Source of the DNA: Octopus sinensis
Taxonomy: Eukaryota
DNA: 64,000 bases
NCBI RefSeq assembly: GCF_006345805.1
Contig: NC_043022.1
Location: 1,302,001 to 1,366,000, forward strand
Reading direction: 5' to 3'
This document shows positions 1-11,146 of this stretch, piece by piece (positions within the stretch are counted from its first letter, which is position 1; each line of letters opens with the position of its first letter). A model generated the notes under the pieces. That model was given only the letters and a program-made list of their open reading frames with translations, was not told where the DNA came from and made no database searches. Made by a program: the position numbers and the translations under genes.

Positions 1-519
1 AAATCTTGTTTTTATTCTGTTGGTATCTCATGCCAAACCTTTAAGTTACAGGGATATAAACAAACCAACAGCGGTGTGGAAGGAGAAAAACATTACACAC
101 ACACTCTCACACACCAACGAGCTTCTCTTCAGTTTCCGTTTAACAGTTTCAATCACAAGGCTTGGGTCAGCTAAGAGCTGACTTCCTAAGATTGAACCAA
201 AGCTATGTAGAGGACCTAAAGCTATGCCCTAGTACCGCACAGTGAAATCGAACCTGAATTCGAACCACGCAGTTACGAAAGAAACTCGTGAGTCACTCGA
301 CCGTTATAGAAAGGTAAGTTGATTGAAGCCGTAACAGGTGGCTGTGGTAATAAGGGAGATAAATGTGGTACGACTGTGGAAAATCACGGGAGATAACTTG
401 TAGTTATTGTCATGAATCTCATAAAATATTTATAGCTGAAGTTAAAACAGTAAATATAAATATTTTGAATGCATTTCTATCAGAAAAAATGATGAGATAT
501 GTTGATTTTGTTCCTTCTG

Positions 520-797
520 AAGCCATGTCTGGCTCATAAGGGCTAGTTTCCCGGTTTCCTTGGCATATAGGTTCACCACCTGGACGGGACGCGGGTCCGT
601 CGCAGGTGAGCTGCAAGATGCGGGAGGAAAGAGTGAGAGAAAGTTGTGGCGAAAGAGTCAGCAGAAGTTCGCCATTACCTTCTGCCGGTGCCGAGTGAAG
701 CTTAGGGGTTTCACTCATAAAAATACACATTGCCCAGTCTGTGATTCGAACCCACGATCCTTCGACCACGAGCCCGCTGCTCTAACCACTAGGCCAT
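520..797 (-). mobile_element. tRNA-derived SINE (family C head with family D-like tail)
   Basis: Minus strand GGCCTAGTGGTTAGAGCAGCGG...GGTTCGAATC (A and B boxes). The tail resembles 35080-35145. Confidence 0.65.
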
Positions 798-865
798 AAT
801 CCCTCCACACTGTTGACCTTGCAACATTTAAAATAAAGCCAGACACAATATTCGATCAGAACCTA

Positions 866-1135
866 TAGTATAATAATAATAATAAAAACATTGTGTACAG
901 TGCTCAGGTGCACTACAACTCATCTAAAGTGTATGTATAATCAGGTGTAGTTTCGGCGGATTTCGGAAAGCATGAGGGCCTTAAAGGATGCAGTGTCATG
1001 GCAGTCAACAACTGACGCAGGCAGTTTATTCCATGCTTCAGCAACTCTGAGCGTGAAGAAATGTTTCCGAAAGTCATGGGAGCTGTGCTGTTTTCTGACT
1101 TTGTGGGCATGTCCACGTGTGTTAGACATATGGAG
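866..1135 (-). mobile_element. 5'-truncated CR1/L2-clade LINE 3' end
   Basis: Minus-strand ORF NTRGHAHKVRKQHSSHDFRKHFFTLRVAEAWNKLPASVV...FK matches the TRGH..K...R..FF..RV...WN.LP C-terminus of CR1/L2 ORF2. A short (TAA)n tail lies at 866-884. Confidence 0.8.
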
Positions 1136-1342
1136 ATCAAAAAGGTGTTCAGTGTTGTTATTGGTGAGATGGTTTCACAGGAGCCAGTGGGCAGAAGACC
1201 ATTGGGCTGGCTTAAGGGACGGCAGTGGGGATACTTACGCAAATGTCCTCCCCCCCCCCCACTGACTTTGTTTACTCATAACTTCAAAAGAATTTTTAAA
1301 AAAATACTCTTTTACTTGATTCAGTCACACACACACATATAT

Positions 1343-1504
1343 ACGACGGGCTTCTTTCAGTTTCCGTCTACCAAATCCACTCAAAGCTTTGGTCAGCCCG
1401 GGGCTATAGCAGAAGACACTTGCCCAAGGTGCCATGCAGTGGAACTGAACCCGGAAGCATGTGGTTCGTAAGCAAGCTACTTACCACACAGCCACTCCTG
1501 TGCC
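1343..1504 (-). mobile_element. SINE family A head
   Basis: Reverse complement of GGCGCAGGAGTGGCTGTGTGGTAAG...GGTTCAGTCCC...GGAAACTGAAAGAAGCCCGTCG, a sequence repeated many times in the window. Confidence 0.85.
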
Positions 1505-2061
1505 TATGGATATTTTTAGATGAAACTTTCTACAAATACGCCCCAGATGGTATAGATTACAATTATATTTGCATTTGTGATAAAAAATTTTTTTTTCCGT
1601 GGGTGGAGAGAGAAGTTTCAAGAAACCCAAATGAGTTGGCTTTGTTCCATCGTAATTTTAATGAAATTTTCTACAAACACCTTTCAGACTTTGTAGAAAT
1701 AACAAAATCTAATATGGAGAAAAAAAAAAAAAATGGTGAGCTTGTCCACGTTCATAGTGACACACATCATATATTTCTACAAAATGAAACTTAGAATTTC
1801 GAAAAAAATTTGTGATGTGTGTCCACTGATTTTCTTTTTCATATTGAATTCTGATATAACCGTAATCTACACAGTCTGAAAAGTATTTGTAGAAATAGGA
1901 GTGGTAAGTAGCTTGCTTACGAACCACATGGTTCTGGGTTCAGTCCCACTGTGTGGCACCTTGGGCAAGTGTCTTCTACTATAGCCTCGGATCGACCAAA
2001 GTCTTGTGAGTGGATTTGGTAGAAGGTAATCTGATTGTCTGGAGCCAAGAGGAGAACTGCA

Positions 2062-2325
2062 GCCACATGTTTCAGCTTCAGTGAGAATCATCAGCACAGC
2101 AGTTATTATACTTTAACTCCTGGCAAGCTGCTAAGGAAAAGGTAGTCTCATTGTTGAAGACATGAAGACATCTGCACCAACATGTTTCAGCCTCAATGAG
2201 TATCATCAGCACAGTAGTTTTCCTATCTTATCTCCTGGCATGCCATTAAAGACAGTCTGTTTGTCTGAAGCCTTGAGAACAGCTGTGGCCACGTGTTTGA
2301 ACCTTATGGACATCATTAGCACAGC
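2062..2325 (-). repeat. three degenerate ~113-bp tandem units with hammerhead-like cores
   Basis: Minus strand CTGATGA...GAAACATGT at 2062-2100 and 2176-2214, with a more decayed copy at 2287-2325. Confidence 0.45.
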
Positions 2326-2389
2326 ACTTGTCCTACCTTATCTCCAGCAGATAGGGACACTGAGATATCTATAAAAAAAGAGAACACGT

Positions 2390-2620
2390 GTATGTGAGTG
2401 TGTGTGTGTGTGTGTATGTGAGTGTGTGCGTGTGCATGTGCATTTATGTATGTGTTTGTGTGTGCATTTGTGTCTTGTGTGTGTGTGTGTTTGTGCATGC
2501 GTTTGTTTGTGTGTGTGTATGCATATGAGTGTGTGTATGCATGTGTGTGTGAATTTGTGTATGTGTTTGTGTGTGTGTGCATGTGTGTGTGTGTGTTTGT
2601 GTGTGTGTATGCATGTGTGT
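2390..2620. repeat. imperfect (TG)n microsatellite
   Basis: Directly visible. Confidence 0.95.
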
Positions 2621-2640
2621 GAACCTTGAAAATAAAGCAA

Positions 2641-2960
2641 GGGGTAGGCCAAAACCAGTTATTCAGGATGATGGATTAAATGCTTTGGTTGAACAAAATC
2701 CGAGAACAAAGGTTCAAAAACTTTCATCAGAACTCCAAACATTTCGCACAACTGTTTTTGGACACCTGTAAAATATTGGAAAAGTCAAGAAGACAGATTG
2801 GGTTTGTTCCACATCAACTGAATGAGATTAAAAAAAAACACAAATATGTTGAAGTGTGCTCCTTATGGCTTTCTTGGCTGGAAAAAGACCATTTTTGCAT
2901 CAAATCATTATTTGTGATGAGAAATGGATACTCTTTGACAACAGCCGGAGAACAGGACAG
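2641..2960 (+). pseudogene. mariner transposase fragment
   Basis: GRPK...LNALVEQNPRT (HTH region) and HQIIICDEKWILFDN (first catalytic Asp motif), broken by stops and frameshifts. Confidence 0.8.
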
Positions 2961-3019
2961 GGACTAGATGCAGGAGTGTCGCCTAAAAACTACCCAAACC
3001 CACCATTGTACCCTTTAGT

Positions 3020-3352
3020 CAAGCAAATCAACCCCAGGACTTATTCTTTGGAAGCCTACTACTTATTCTATCGGCCCCTTTTGCTGAACTGCTAAGTTAC
3101 GTGGATGTAAACACACCACCATCGGTTGTCAAGTGATGTTGGGGGGGGGACAAACACAGACACACAAACATATACACACACGTACATACATACACACACA
3201 CACATTTATATATACACATATATATACGACGGGCTTCTTTCAGTTTCTGTCAACCAAATCCACTCACAAGGCTGTGTAAACACACCACCATCAGTTGTCA
3301 AGTGATGTTGGTGGGGACAAACACAGACGTACAAACATACACACACACACAC

Positions 3353-3383
<31 letters not shown>

Positions 3384-3391
3384 TACACACA

Positions 3392-3425
<34 letters not shown>

Positions 3426-3592
3426 CATCTATACAACGGGCTTCTTTCAGTTTCCCTCTACCAAATGCACTCACAATGCTTTGGTCGGGAGGCTATAGTA
3501 GAAAACACATGTCCAAGGTGCCACGCAGTGGGACTGAACCCAGAACCATGTGGGTGGTAAGCAAGCTTCTTACCACACAGCCACTCCTGCAC
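3020..3592 (-). mobile_element. two adjacent SINE family A copies
   Basis: Family A body present twice, each with an internal CA/TA microsatellite. Confidence 0.8.
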
Positions 3593-4099
3593 CTATATTG
3601 CATATATCGTTTTCTTTCTTTCTTTTTTGCTTCAGTCACTGTACTGCGGCTAGGCTGCAGCATCACTCACCACAGAGATGAACAAATCAACATCTGTAGT
3701 TATTTTTTAAACATTAGTTCTTATTCGATCAGCCTCATTTACCAAACCACTGAGCCATCTGGATGTAAACAAACCAGCACCGGTTAGTTTATATACACAC
3801 GTGTATATGAATGTGTCTGTGTTCGTCCACCCCGCTCGCCACTGCTTGACAACTGGTGTTGGGTTGTTTATGTCTCCTTTAACCTAGCAGTTCGGCAAAA
3901 GTGAGCGATAGAATAAGAACCTGGCTTGAAAATAAAGAAAAACGAAACGCACCGGGGAACGATTTGCTCGAACAAACCCTTGAAGGCATAGCTCCAGCCT
4001 GGCCTCAATCCAATGACTGAAACAAGTGAAAGAATAAAATATTTCTCTCAATATATAAGGCTGAAGTTGTCTGTGTATGGCAGGTTTGGTAGCCTTCAA

Positions 4100-4410
4100 C
4101 TAACACTTATCTCCTCCGAGACCCTGCGGCGCAAGTTGACCAAAATTGAAGGTATGATAGAAGAAGGCTTGCTCTTCCTTCCGTAGAAGAAAAATTCAAA
4201 TCGGACCATGTTAACATCAAAAAGGTGCTTTTTCCTATGAAAATCCCTATTTTTTACAATTTTTTGACTGCTGTGTCGCCATTTTTCAGTGTATTTCAAC
4301 CAGAAAAAGTTCACTTAAAGAGAATAACAAGCTACATAATGCAAAATGTTTACTTTTCAAAAATTCCAATTCTAAAGGGTCGAAACAAACCCGAGCAACG
4401 CCGGTAATTT
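4100..4410 (+). mobile_element. non-autonomous Helitron-like 3' fragment
   Basis: Ends in AAACCCGAGCAACGCCGG, the same subterminal motif as 49385-49415. The terminal CTAG is missing. Confidence 0.45.
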
Positions 4411-5085
4411 TAATAAAGGGATATCGATACGCATTTCCGTGACAATATCCTTTCGTCCTGGAGATATTGGATCCACGTTAAATTTGCGCTTGCACGAATT
4501 ACCTCCCTTAGACCGTGGTTTTTCTCCTCTTTCTCATAACGTTATTCACACACGCATTCATCGATTCCCACGGCATAGAATAATAGCAAACTGGAAGATC
4601 CAGCAGTTATTGCTGTTGGTATTTAGCCCCAGGTCACTCCATAGGCTTTCCAATCATGATCATCTCGTCCTTTTTGTATGTTATATTGAACATAATAAAA
4701 GTTGACAATTTAAAAAAAAATCTTTTATTTAATGTTTCTTTTCTGGAAACTCGCCACGTACCTGCAGCCGATGTCCTACGGACCGGCACCGGTCCGCGGA
4801 TCAACACTTTGAGTAGCGCTGCCTTAAATGTGGTTCTATACTCTTCAAAACCTTTGGAATTTCCGAGCAAGGACCCCACGGCCGGAGGTAGTTTAAAGAC
4901 TTTAAACAAATAATACATTAGGATCGAGTTAATTGATCGTAGATTCCTCTCTCTCTCCAAAATTTTACGAGGATTTAAGAATATCAGATATGGTTAGGGT
5001 CAAAGGGTTTCTATTGTTGTTGCGGCTGTTGTTGTTTGCAACGAGTTTAGCTCTGAGCATCTAGTTTTCAGGATAGTTTATTTAA

Positions 5086-5452
5086 ATGCCATGCTGGAGC
5101 ACCGCATTTAGTCGAGCAAATCGACCCCAGGACTTATTCTTTGTAAGCCCAGTACTTATTCTATCGGTGTTTGTTGCCGAACCGCTAAGTGACGGGGACG
5201 TAAACACACCAGCATCAGTTATCAAGCGATGTTGGGGGGAACAAACAGATACACGCATATACATACACATATATACATATATATATATACGACAGGCTTC
5301 TTTCAGTTTCCGTCTACCAATTCCACTCACAAGGCCTTAGTTGGCCCGAAGCTATAGTAGATGATACTTGGCCAAGGTGCCATGCAGTGGAACTGAACCC
5401 GGAAGCATGTGGTTCGTAAGCAAGCTACTTACCACACAGCCACTCCTGTGCC
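5086..5452 (-). mobile_element. SINE family A, near full length
   Basis: Head, central domain, microsatellite linker and tail (GTCGATTTGCTCGACTAAA...CTCCAGCATGG) are all present. Confidence 0.9.
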
Positions 5453-5845
5453 TATGGATATTTTTAGATGAAATTTTCTACAAATACGCCCCAGATGGTA
5501 TAGATTACAATTATATTAGCATTTGTGATGGAAAAAAAATTTTTCCATGGGTGGAGAGAGAAGTTTCTGGAAACCCAAACGAGTTGGCTTTGTTCCCTCA
5601 TAATTTTAATGAAAATTTCTACAAACACCTTTCAGACTTTGTAGAAGTAACAAAATTTAATATGGAGGAAAAAAAATAAAATGGTGAGCTTGTACACATT
5701 CATAGTGACACACATCATATATTTCTACAAAATAAAACTTAGAATTTCGAAAAAAATTTGTGATGTGTGTCCACCGATTTTCTTTTTCATATTGAATTCT
5801 GATATAACCGTAATCTACACAGTCTGAAAAGTATTTGTAGAAATA

Positions 5846-6142
5846 GGAGTGGCTGTGTGGTAAGTAGCTTGCTCCCCAACCACATGGTTCCGGGTACAGT
5901 TCCACTGCAAGGCACCTTGGGCATGTGTCTTCTACTATAGCCTCGGGTCGACCAAAGCCTTGTGAGTGGATTTGGTAGACGGAAACTGAAAGAAGCCCGT
6001 CGTATATATGTATGTGTGTGTGTATATGTTTCTGTGTCTGCGTTTGTCCCCCCAACATTGCTTGACAACCGATGCTGGTGTGTTTACGTCCCCGTAACTT
6101 AGCGGTTCGGCAAAAGAGACCGATAGAATAAGTACTAGGCTT
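5846..6142 (+). mobile_element. SINE family A, 3'-truncated
   Basis: GGAGTGGCTGTGTGGTAAG head and central domain. Confidence 0.85.
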
Positions 6143-6409
6143 ATTTCAGAACCTGAAATTTTGGGGCAGGGGCTAGTCGATTACATTGAGCCCAGTGTTT
6201 AAGTGGCACTTATATCATTGACCCTGAAAGGGTGACAGGCTGAGTTGACCTCGGTGGAATTTGAACTCAAGGAAAGAGACAAACGTAAAGCATTTCACTC
6301 TGTGTGCTAACCATTCTGCCAGCCTGAATAATAATCACATCTCCTATAGGCACAAGGCCTGAAATTTGGGGCTAAGGGCTGGTTGATTACATCGACCCCA
6401 GTGTTGTGA

Positions 6410-7184
6410 AAAGACAAAAGGAAAGACCGTACTATGAAGCTTTTGAGCAAACTCAAACATCCCCTCCAACTGAACATGTTTTGGTTTTTCTCAGATGAGA
6501 AAAATTTCTTCTAGGATCAGACAGTGAACACACAGAACAACCGTTGGCTTGCTGTGTCCCCAAAACATTTACCGAGTGTGATAAAAAATCAAACATCCAG
6601 TCAACATCATGGTGTTTGGAGTGATCACTAGTGATGGCAACATGATGACTTCACTTATCTTCCCACATGGCCTCAAACTTAACATGGAAGCCTACATAAA
6701 ATGCCTGGAGGTGATAGTGCTGCCCTGGGTCAAGAGGGTGGCTGCTGGGAGACTCTATGTCTGGCAACAGGACTCTTCACACAAATAGGAGAACCATGTC
6801 ATGGCTGTCAGACAATTTCTATGACCACATCACCCCTAACATCTGGCTACCTAACTCCCCAGACTGCAACCCCCTTGTTTCTTAAGTGTCAGACACAGTT
6901 GAGCAAGAGACCAACAAAACTCCTTGTAACACCAAAGATGAACTGAAGGCAAGGATTATGGCAGCATTCACCAACTTTAACAAGGAGATTGCCCAGAAGA
7001 ATTGCAGGAAATTCCCAATTCCTCTGGAAGCCATGGTTGAAGCCAGTGGTGATTGAATAAATTTACTCTTTAGTATTTCAAGATATTTTGATGCAATTTT
7101 GGTCAATATCTCTGTTAAAATGAGATGTTGGGGTTATTTTTCATTTTTGGGTAATTTAGACGACCATTTATTTACTGCAGCCTG
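6410..7184 (+). mobile_element. decayed maT/DD37D-type Tc1-mariner element (catalytic domain and right end)
   Basis: Frameshifted FSDEKNF...NTQNNRWLA...IMVFGVITSDG...WQQDS...IWLPNSPDCNP...NTKDELKARI. The terminus ...TTTACTGCAGCCTG is followed by TA. Confidence 0.8.
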
Positions 7185-7423
7185 TATGTGCGGATATATT
7201 TAAATGTAACTACTTGTGGGTCGTTGGCGAATTTTTTCCTCTGTCTTCCTTTTCTCTTGGACTTTCCTGTCTCCTGTTTCTGAAAAAGAGCTTTGCTCGA
7301 AATGTAAAGCTACCTTTCTTTCCTTCCCTGAGCATCTGCTAATTCTTTGCATGTACCATGTCCTCGCGTAGTTGTTTTTTCTTGTGTATTTCTTCATTTT
7401 TTGTGGGGGGATTAACTATATAC

Positions 7424-7472
<49 letters not shown>

Positions 7473-7779
7473 TATATATATATATATATCCGTAATAATG
7501 AAGGGTGAAATTAATTAATTTGGAATAATTATCAATTACACCAAGTAGTCTTCGGCATGTAAAAGCCTCAATCGAGGAAAATTTAAGTAATACTAAGCAA
7601 TAAAGGGTTTAGCAACGAATTGCCTTACCACATACCGAATTTAGAAATAGCAGTCAAAGATTTATAGCTATTTCTTCTACTAAAAAGGGAGATCTCAGTA
7701 AAAACAGCAATTGGAAGGCAGACACAAACAGGTAAGAGAGAATGAATTGACGGCAATCTATCATACATTTTAAAGTTAT

Positions 7780-7884
7780 CTACGGACGTACGTTTCGAAA
7801 TCAAGTTTTTAGGAAAGCATAAGAATTAAATATTAAATATTAAATAATTCTATCTTACCGAAACTTCTTTTCTCTTCAGCGTAG
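7780..7884 (-). ncRNA. type I hammerhead ribozyme, intact core (unit 1)
   Basis: Minus strand: CTACG-CTGAAGA-GAAAAGAAGTTT..AAACTTGATTTC-GAAA-CGTACG-TC-CGTAG. Stem I is CTACG/CGTAG, stem II is extended, stem III is the palindrome ACGTACGT, and the cleavage triplet is GUC. Confidence 0.85.
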
Positions 7885-8381
7885 AATACTATAATCATAA
7901 ATGATTATATATTGAATTTTGAGATACTAGAAGGCACCAACTCAACTCAGTATCAGAGCGAGCTAGAATCTGCAACTAGTATCACCGAATTCAATATGTG
8001 AATGAAACGATTGTGTCACCAGCCCCTTCCCACCCGCGTGTAGCCAAAACAAGATGCTGTGGTCATCTACTGAGATTAAAATATGGTTATCCGTAATAAT
8101 GAAGGGTGTGAAATTAATTAATTTGGAATAATTATCAATTACACCAAGTAGTCTTCGGCATGTAAAAGCCTCAATCGAGGAAAATTTAAGTAATACTAAG
8201 CAATAAAGGGTTTAGCAACGAATTGCCTTACCACATACCGAATTTAGAAATAGCAGTCAAAGATTTATAGCTATTTCTTCTACTAAAAAGGAGATCTCAG
8301 TAAAAACAGCAATTGGAAGGCAGACACAAACAGGTAAGAGAGAATGAATTGACGGCAATCTATCATACATTTTAAAGTTAT

Positions 8382-8484
8382 CTACGGACGTACGTTTCGA
8401 AATCAAGTTTTTAGGAAAGCATAAGAATTAAATATTAATATTAAATAATTCTATCTTACCGAAACTTCTTTTCTTTCAGCGTAG
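8382..8484 (-). ncRNA. hammerhead copy with a 1-nt deletion in the CUGAAGA core (unit 2)
   Basis: Plus strand reads TTCTTTCAG instead of TTCTCTTCAG; either a mutation or a sequencing error. Confidence 0.6.
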
Positions 8485-8979
8485 AATACTATAATCATAA
8501 ATGATTTATATTGAATTTTGAGATACTAGAAGGCACCAACTCAACTCAGTATCAGAGCGAGCTAGAATCCGCAACTAGTATCACCGAATTCAATATGTGA
8601 ATGAAACGATTGTGTCACCAGCCCCTTCCCCCCGCGTGTAGCCAAAACAAGATGCTGTGGTCATCTACTGAGATAAAATATGGTTATCCGTAATAATGAA
8701 GGGTGAAATTAATTAATTTGGAATAATTATCAATTACACCAAGTAGTCTTCGGCATGTAAAAGCCTCAATCGAGGAAAATTTAAGTAATACTAAGCAATA
8801 AAGGGTTTTTTAGCAACGAATTGCCTTACCACATACCGAATTAGAAATAGCAGTCAAAGATTTATAGCTATTTCTTCTACTAAAAAGGGAGATCTCAGTA
8901 AAAACAGCAATTGGAAGGCAGACACAAACAGGTAAGAGAGAATGAATTGACGGCAATCTATCATACATTTTAAAGTTAT

Positions 8980-9083
8980 CTACGACGTACGTTTCGAAAT
9001 CAAGTTTTTAGGAAAGGATTAAGAATTAAATATTAAATATTAATAATTCTATCTTACCGAAACTTCTTTTCTCTTCAGCGTAG
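8980..9083 (-). ncRNA. hammerhead copy with a 1-nt deletion at the cleavage site (unit 3)
   Basis: Plus strand reads CTACGACG instead of CTACGGACG. Confidence 0.6.
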
Positions 9084-9582
9084 AATACTATAACAAAATG
9101 ATAATATTGAATTTTGAGATACTAGAAGGCACCAACTCAACTCAGTATCAGAGCGAGAGCTAGAATCCGCAACTAGTATCACCGAATTCAATATGTGAAT
9201 GAAACGATGTGTGTCACCAGCCCCTTCCCCCCCCGCGTGTAGCCAAAACAAGATGCTGTGGTCATCTACTGAGATAAAATATGGTTATCCGTAATAATGA
9301 AGGGTGAAATGAAATTAATTATTTGGAATAATTATCAATTACACCAAGTAGTCTTCGGCATGTAAAAGCCTCAATCGAGGAAAATTTAAGTAATACTAAG
9401 CAATAAAGGGTTTAGCAACGAATTGCCTTACCACATACCGAATTTAGAAATAGCAGTCAAAGATTTATAGCTATTTCTTCTACTAAAAAGGGAGATCTCA
9501 GTAAAAACAGCAATTGGAAGGCAGACACAAACAGGTAAGAGAGAATGAATTGACGGCAATCTATCATACATTTTAAAGTTAT

Positions 9583-9687
9583 CTACGGACGTACGTTTCG
9601 AAATCAAGTTTTTAGGAAAGCATAAGAATTAAATATTAAATATTAAATAATTCTATCTTACCGAAACTTCTTTTCTCTTCAGCGTAG
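9583..9687 (-). ncRNA. type I hammerhead ribozyme, intact core (unit 4)
   Basis: Same sequence as the unit 1 motif. Confidence 0.85.
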
Positions 9688-10336
9688 AATACTATAATCA
9701 TAAATGATTATATATTGAATTTTGAGATACTAGAAGGCACCAACTCAACTCAGTATCAGAGCGAGCTAGAATCCGCAACTAGTATCACCGAATTCAATAT
9801 GTGAATGAAACGATTGTGTCACCAGCCCCTTCCCACCCGCGTGTAGCCAAAACAAGATGCTGTGGTCATCTACTGAGATAAAATATGGTTATCCGTAATA
9901 ATGAAGGGTGAAATTAATTAATTTGGAATAATTATCAATTACACCAAGTAGTCTTCGGCATGTAAAAGCCTCAATCGAGGAAAATTTAAGTAATACTAAG
10001 CAATAAAGGGTTTAGCAACGAATTGCCTTACCACATACCGAATTTAGAAATAGCAGTCAAAGATTTATAGCTATTTCTTCTACTAAAAAAAAAAGCTGAA
10101 GAGAAAAGAAGTTTCGGTAAGATAGAATTATTTAATATTTAATATTTAATTCTTATGCTTTCCTAAAAACTTGATTTCGAAACGTACGTCCGTAGATAAC
10201 TTTAAAATGTATGATAGATTGCCGTCAATTCATTCTCTCTTACCTGTTTGTGTCTGCCTTCCAATTGCTGTTTTTACTGAGATCTCCCTTTTTAGTAGAA
10301 GAAATAGCTATATATATATATATATAACAAAGAAAG

Positions 10337-10725
10337 AAAGAACCCCACCTTCGGTCATGAATGACCGTGGGATTGCACCTAGAAAGTTCTCCTCCAAGGC
10401 ACAAGTCCAGGAAAAGTTATTTATGGAAAACCACCAGTCACTGATGCATGCCAGCCTCCTCTCTCCATGCCAACAATGTTATCAAAGGAAAAAGGCCAAT
10501 ACAGCTTGGCACCAGTGACATCACAACTCATTTCTACAGCTGAGTGAACTGGAGCAATGTGAAATAAAGCGTCTTGCTCAAGAACACAACACGCAGCCCA
10601 GTCTAGAAATCAAACTCACTACCTCATGATTGTGAGCCTGACGCTCTAACCATTGAGCTCTAACCACTGACGCTCTAACCACAGAGCTCTAACCACTGAC
10701 GCTCTAACCACTGAGCCATGCATCT
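10337..10725 (-). mobile_element. SINE family D
   Basis: Reverse of the GCATGGCTCAGTGGTTAGAGC...CTTGAGCAAGAC...CTCAGCTGTAGAAATGAG family. Confidence 0.75.
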
Positions 10726-11146
10726 TCACTAACAACAGAAATTCATTTTATGAATTTTCATGTCATCCTTGAGCAGAGGCCACACACACACACACACACA
10801 AGCAAAACATTCAAACACTGAGATTTGAAACCAGATGTCACTATTGTTCATATCATCTGTGGATAAATTTTAAAATGGGTGATATCACCAGCAGTGACAT
10901 GGGTGGATCGCAGACGCAATAGCATTAAATAGCTATGAATTATAAATTTGTACGTAGCGTAAGGATGCTTAACAAGCATCCACCTGCTAGAAATAAGAGC
11001 TAAAATCTTAAATTTATCCACCGTACGGCACCAAGATAACAGAGAAAAACAGAATGCGAGGAAAACAGAAAAGATTAAAACATTTAACAGCACAAATAGA
11101 AATATTATGCAGTTAGGGATTTATATATATATATATTTATATATGT

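Larger units (their letters stand above)
7490..10312 (-). mobile_element. ~600-bp tandem array (4 full units, 1 partial unit, 1 inverted fragment) carrying hammerhead ribozymes; retrozyme/Penelope-like
   Basis: Units start at ~7490, 8091, 8688, 9289 and 9893. An inverted copy lies at 10095-10312. Both flanks are (TA)n-rich. Confidence 0.8.
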
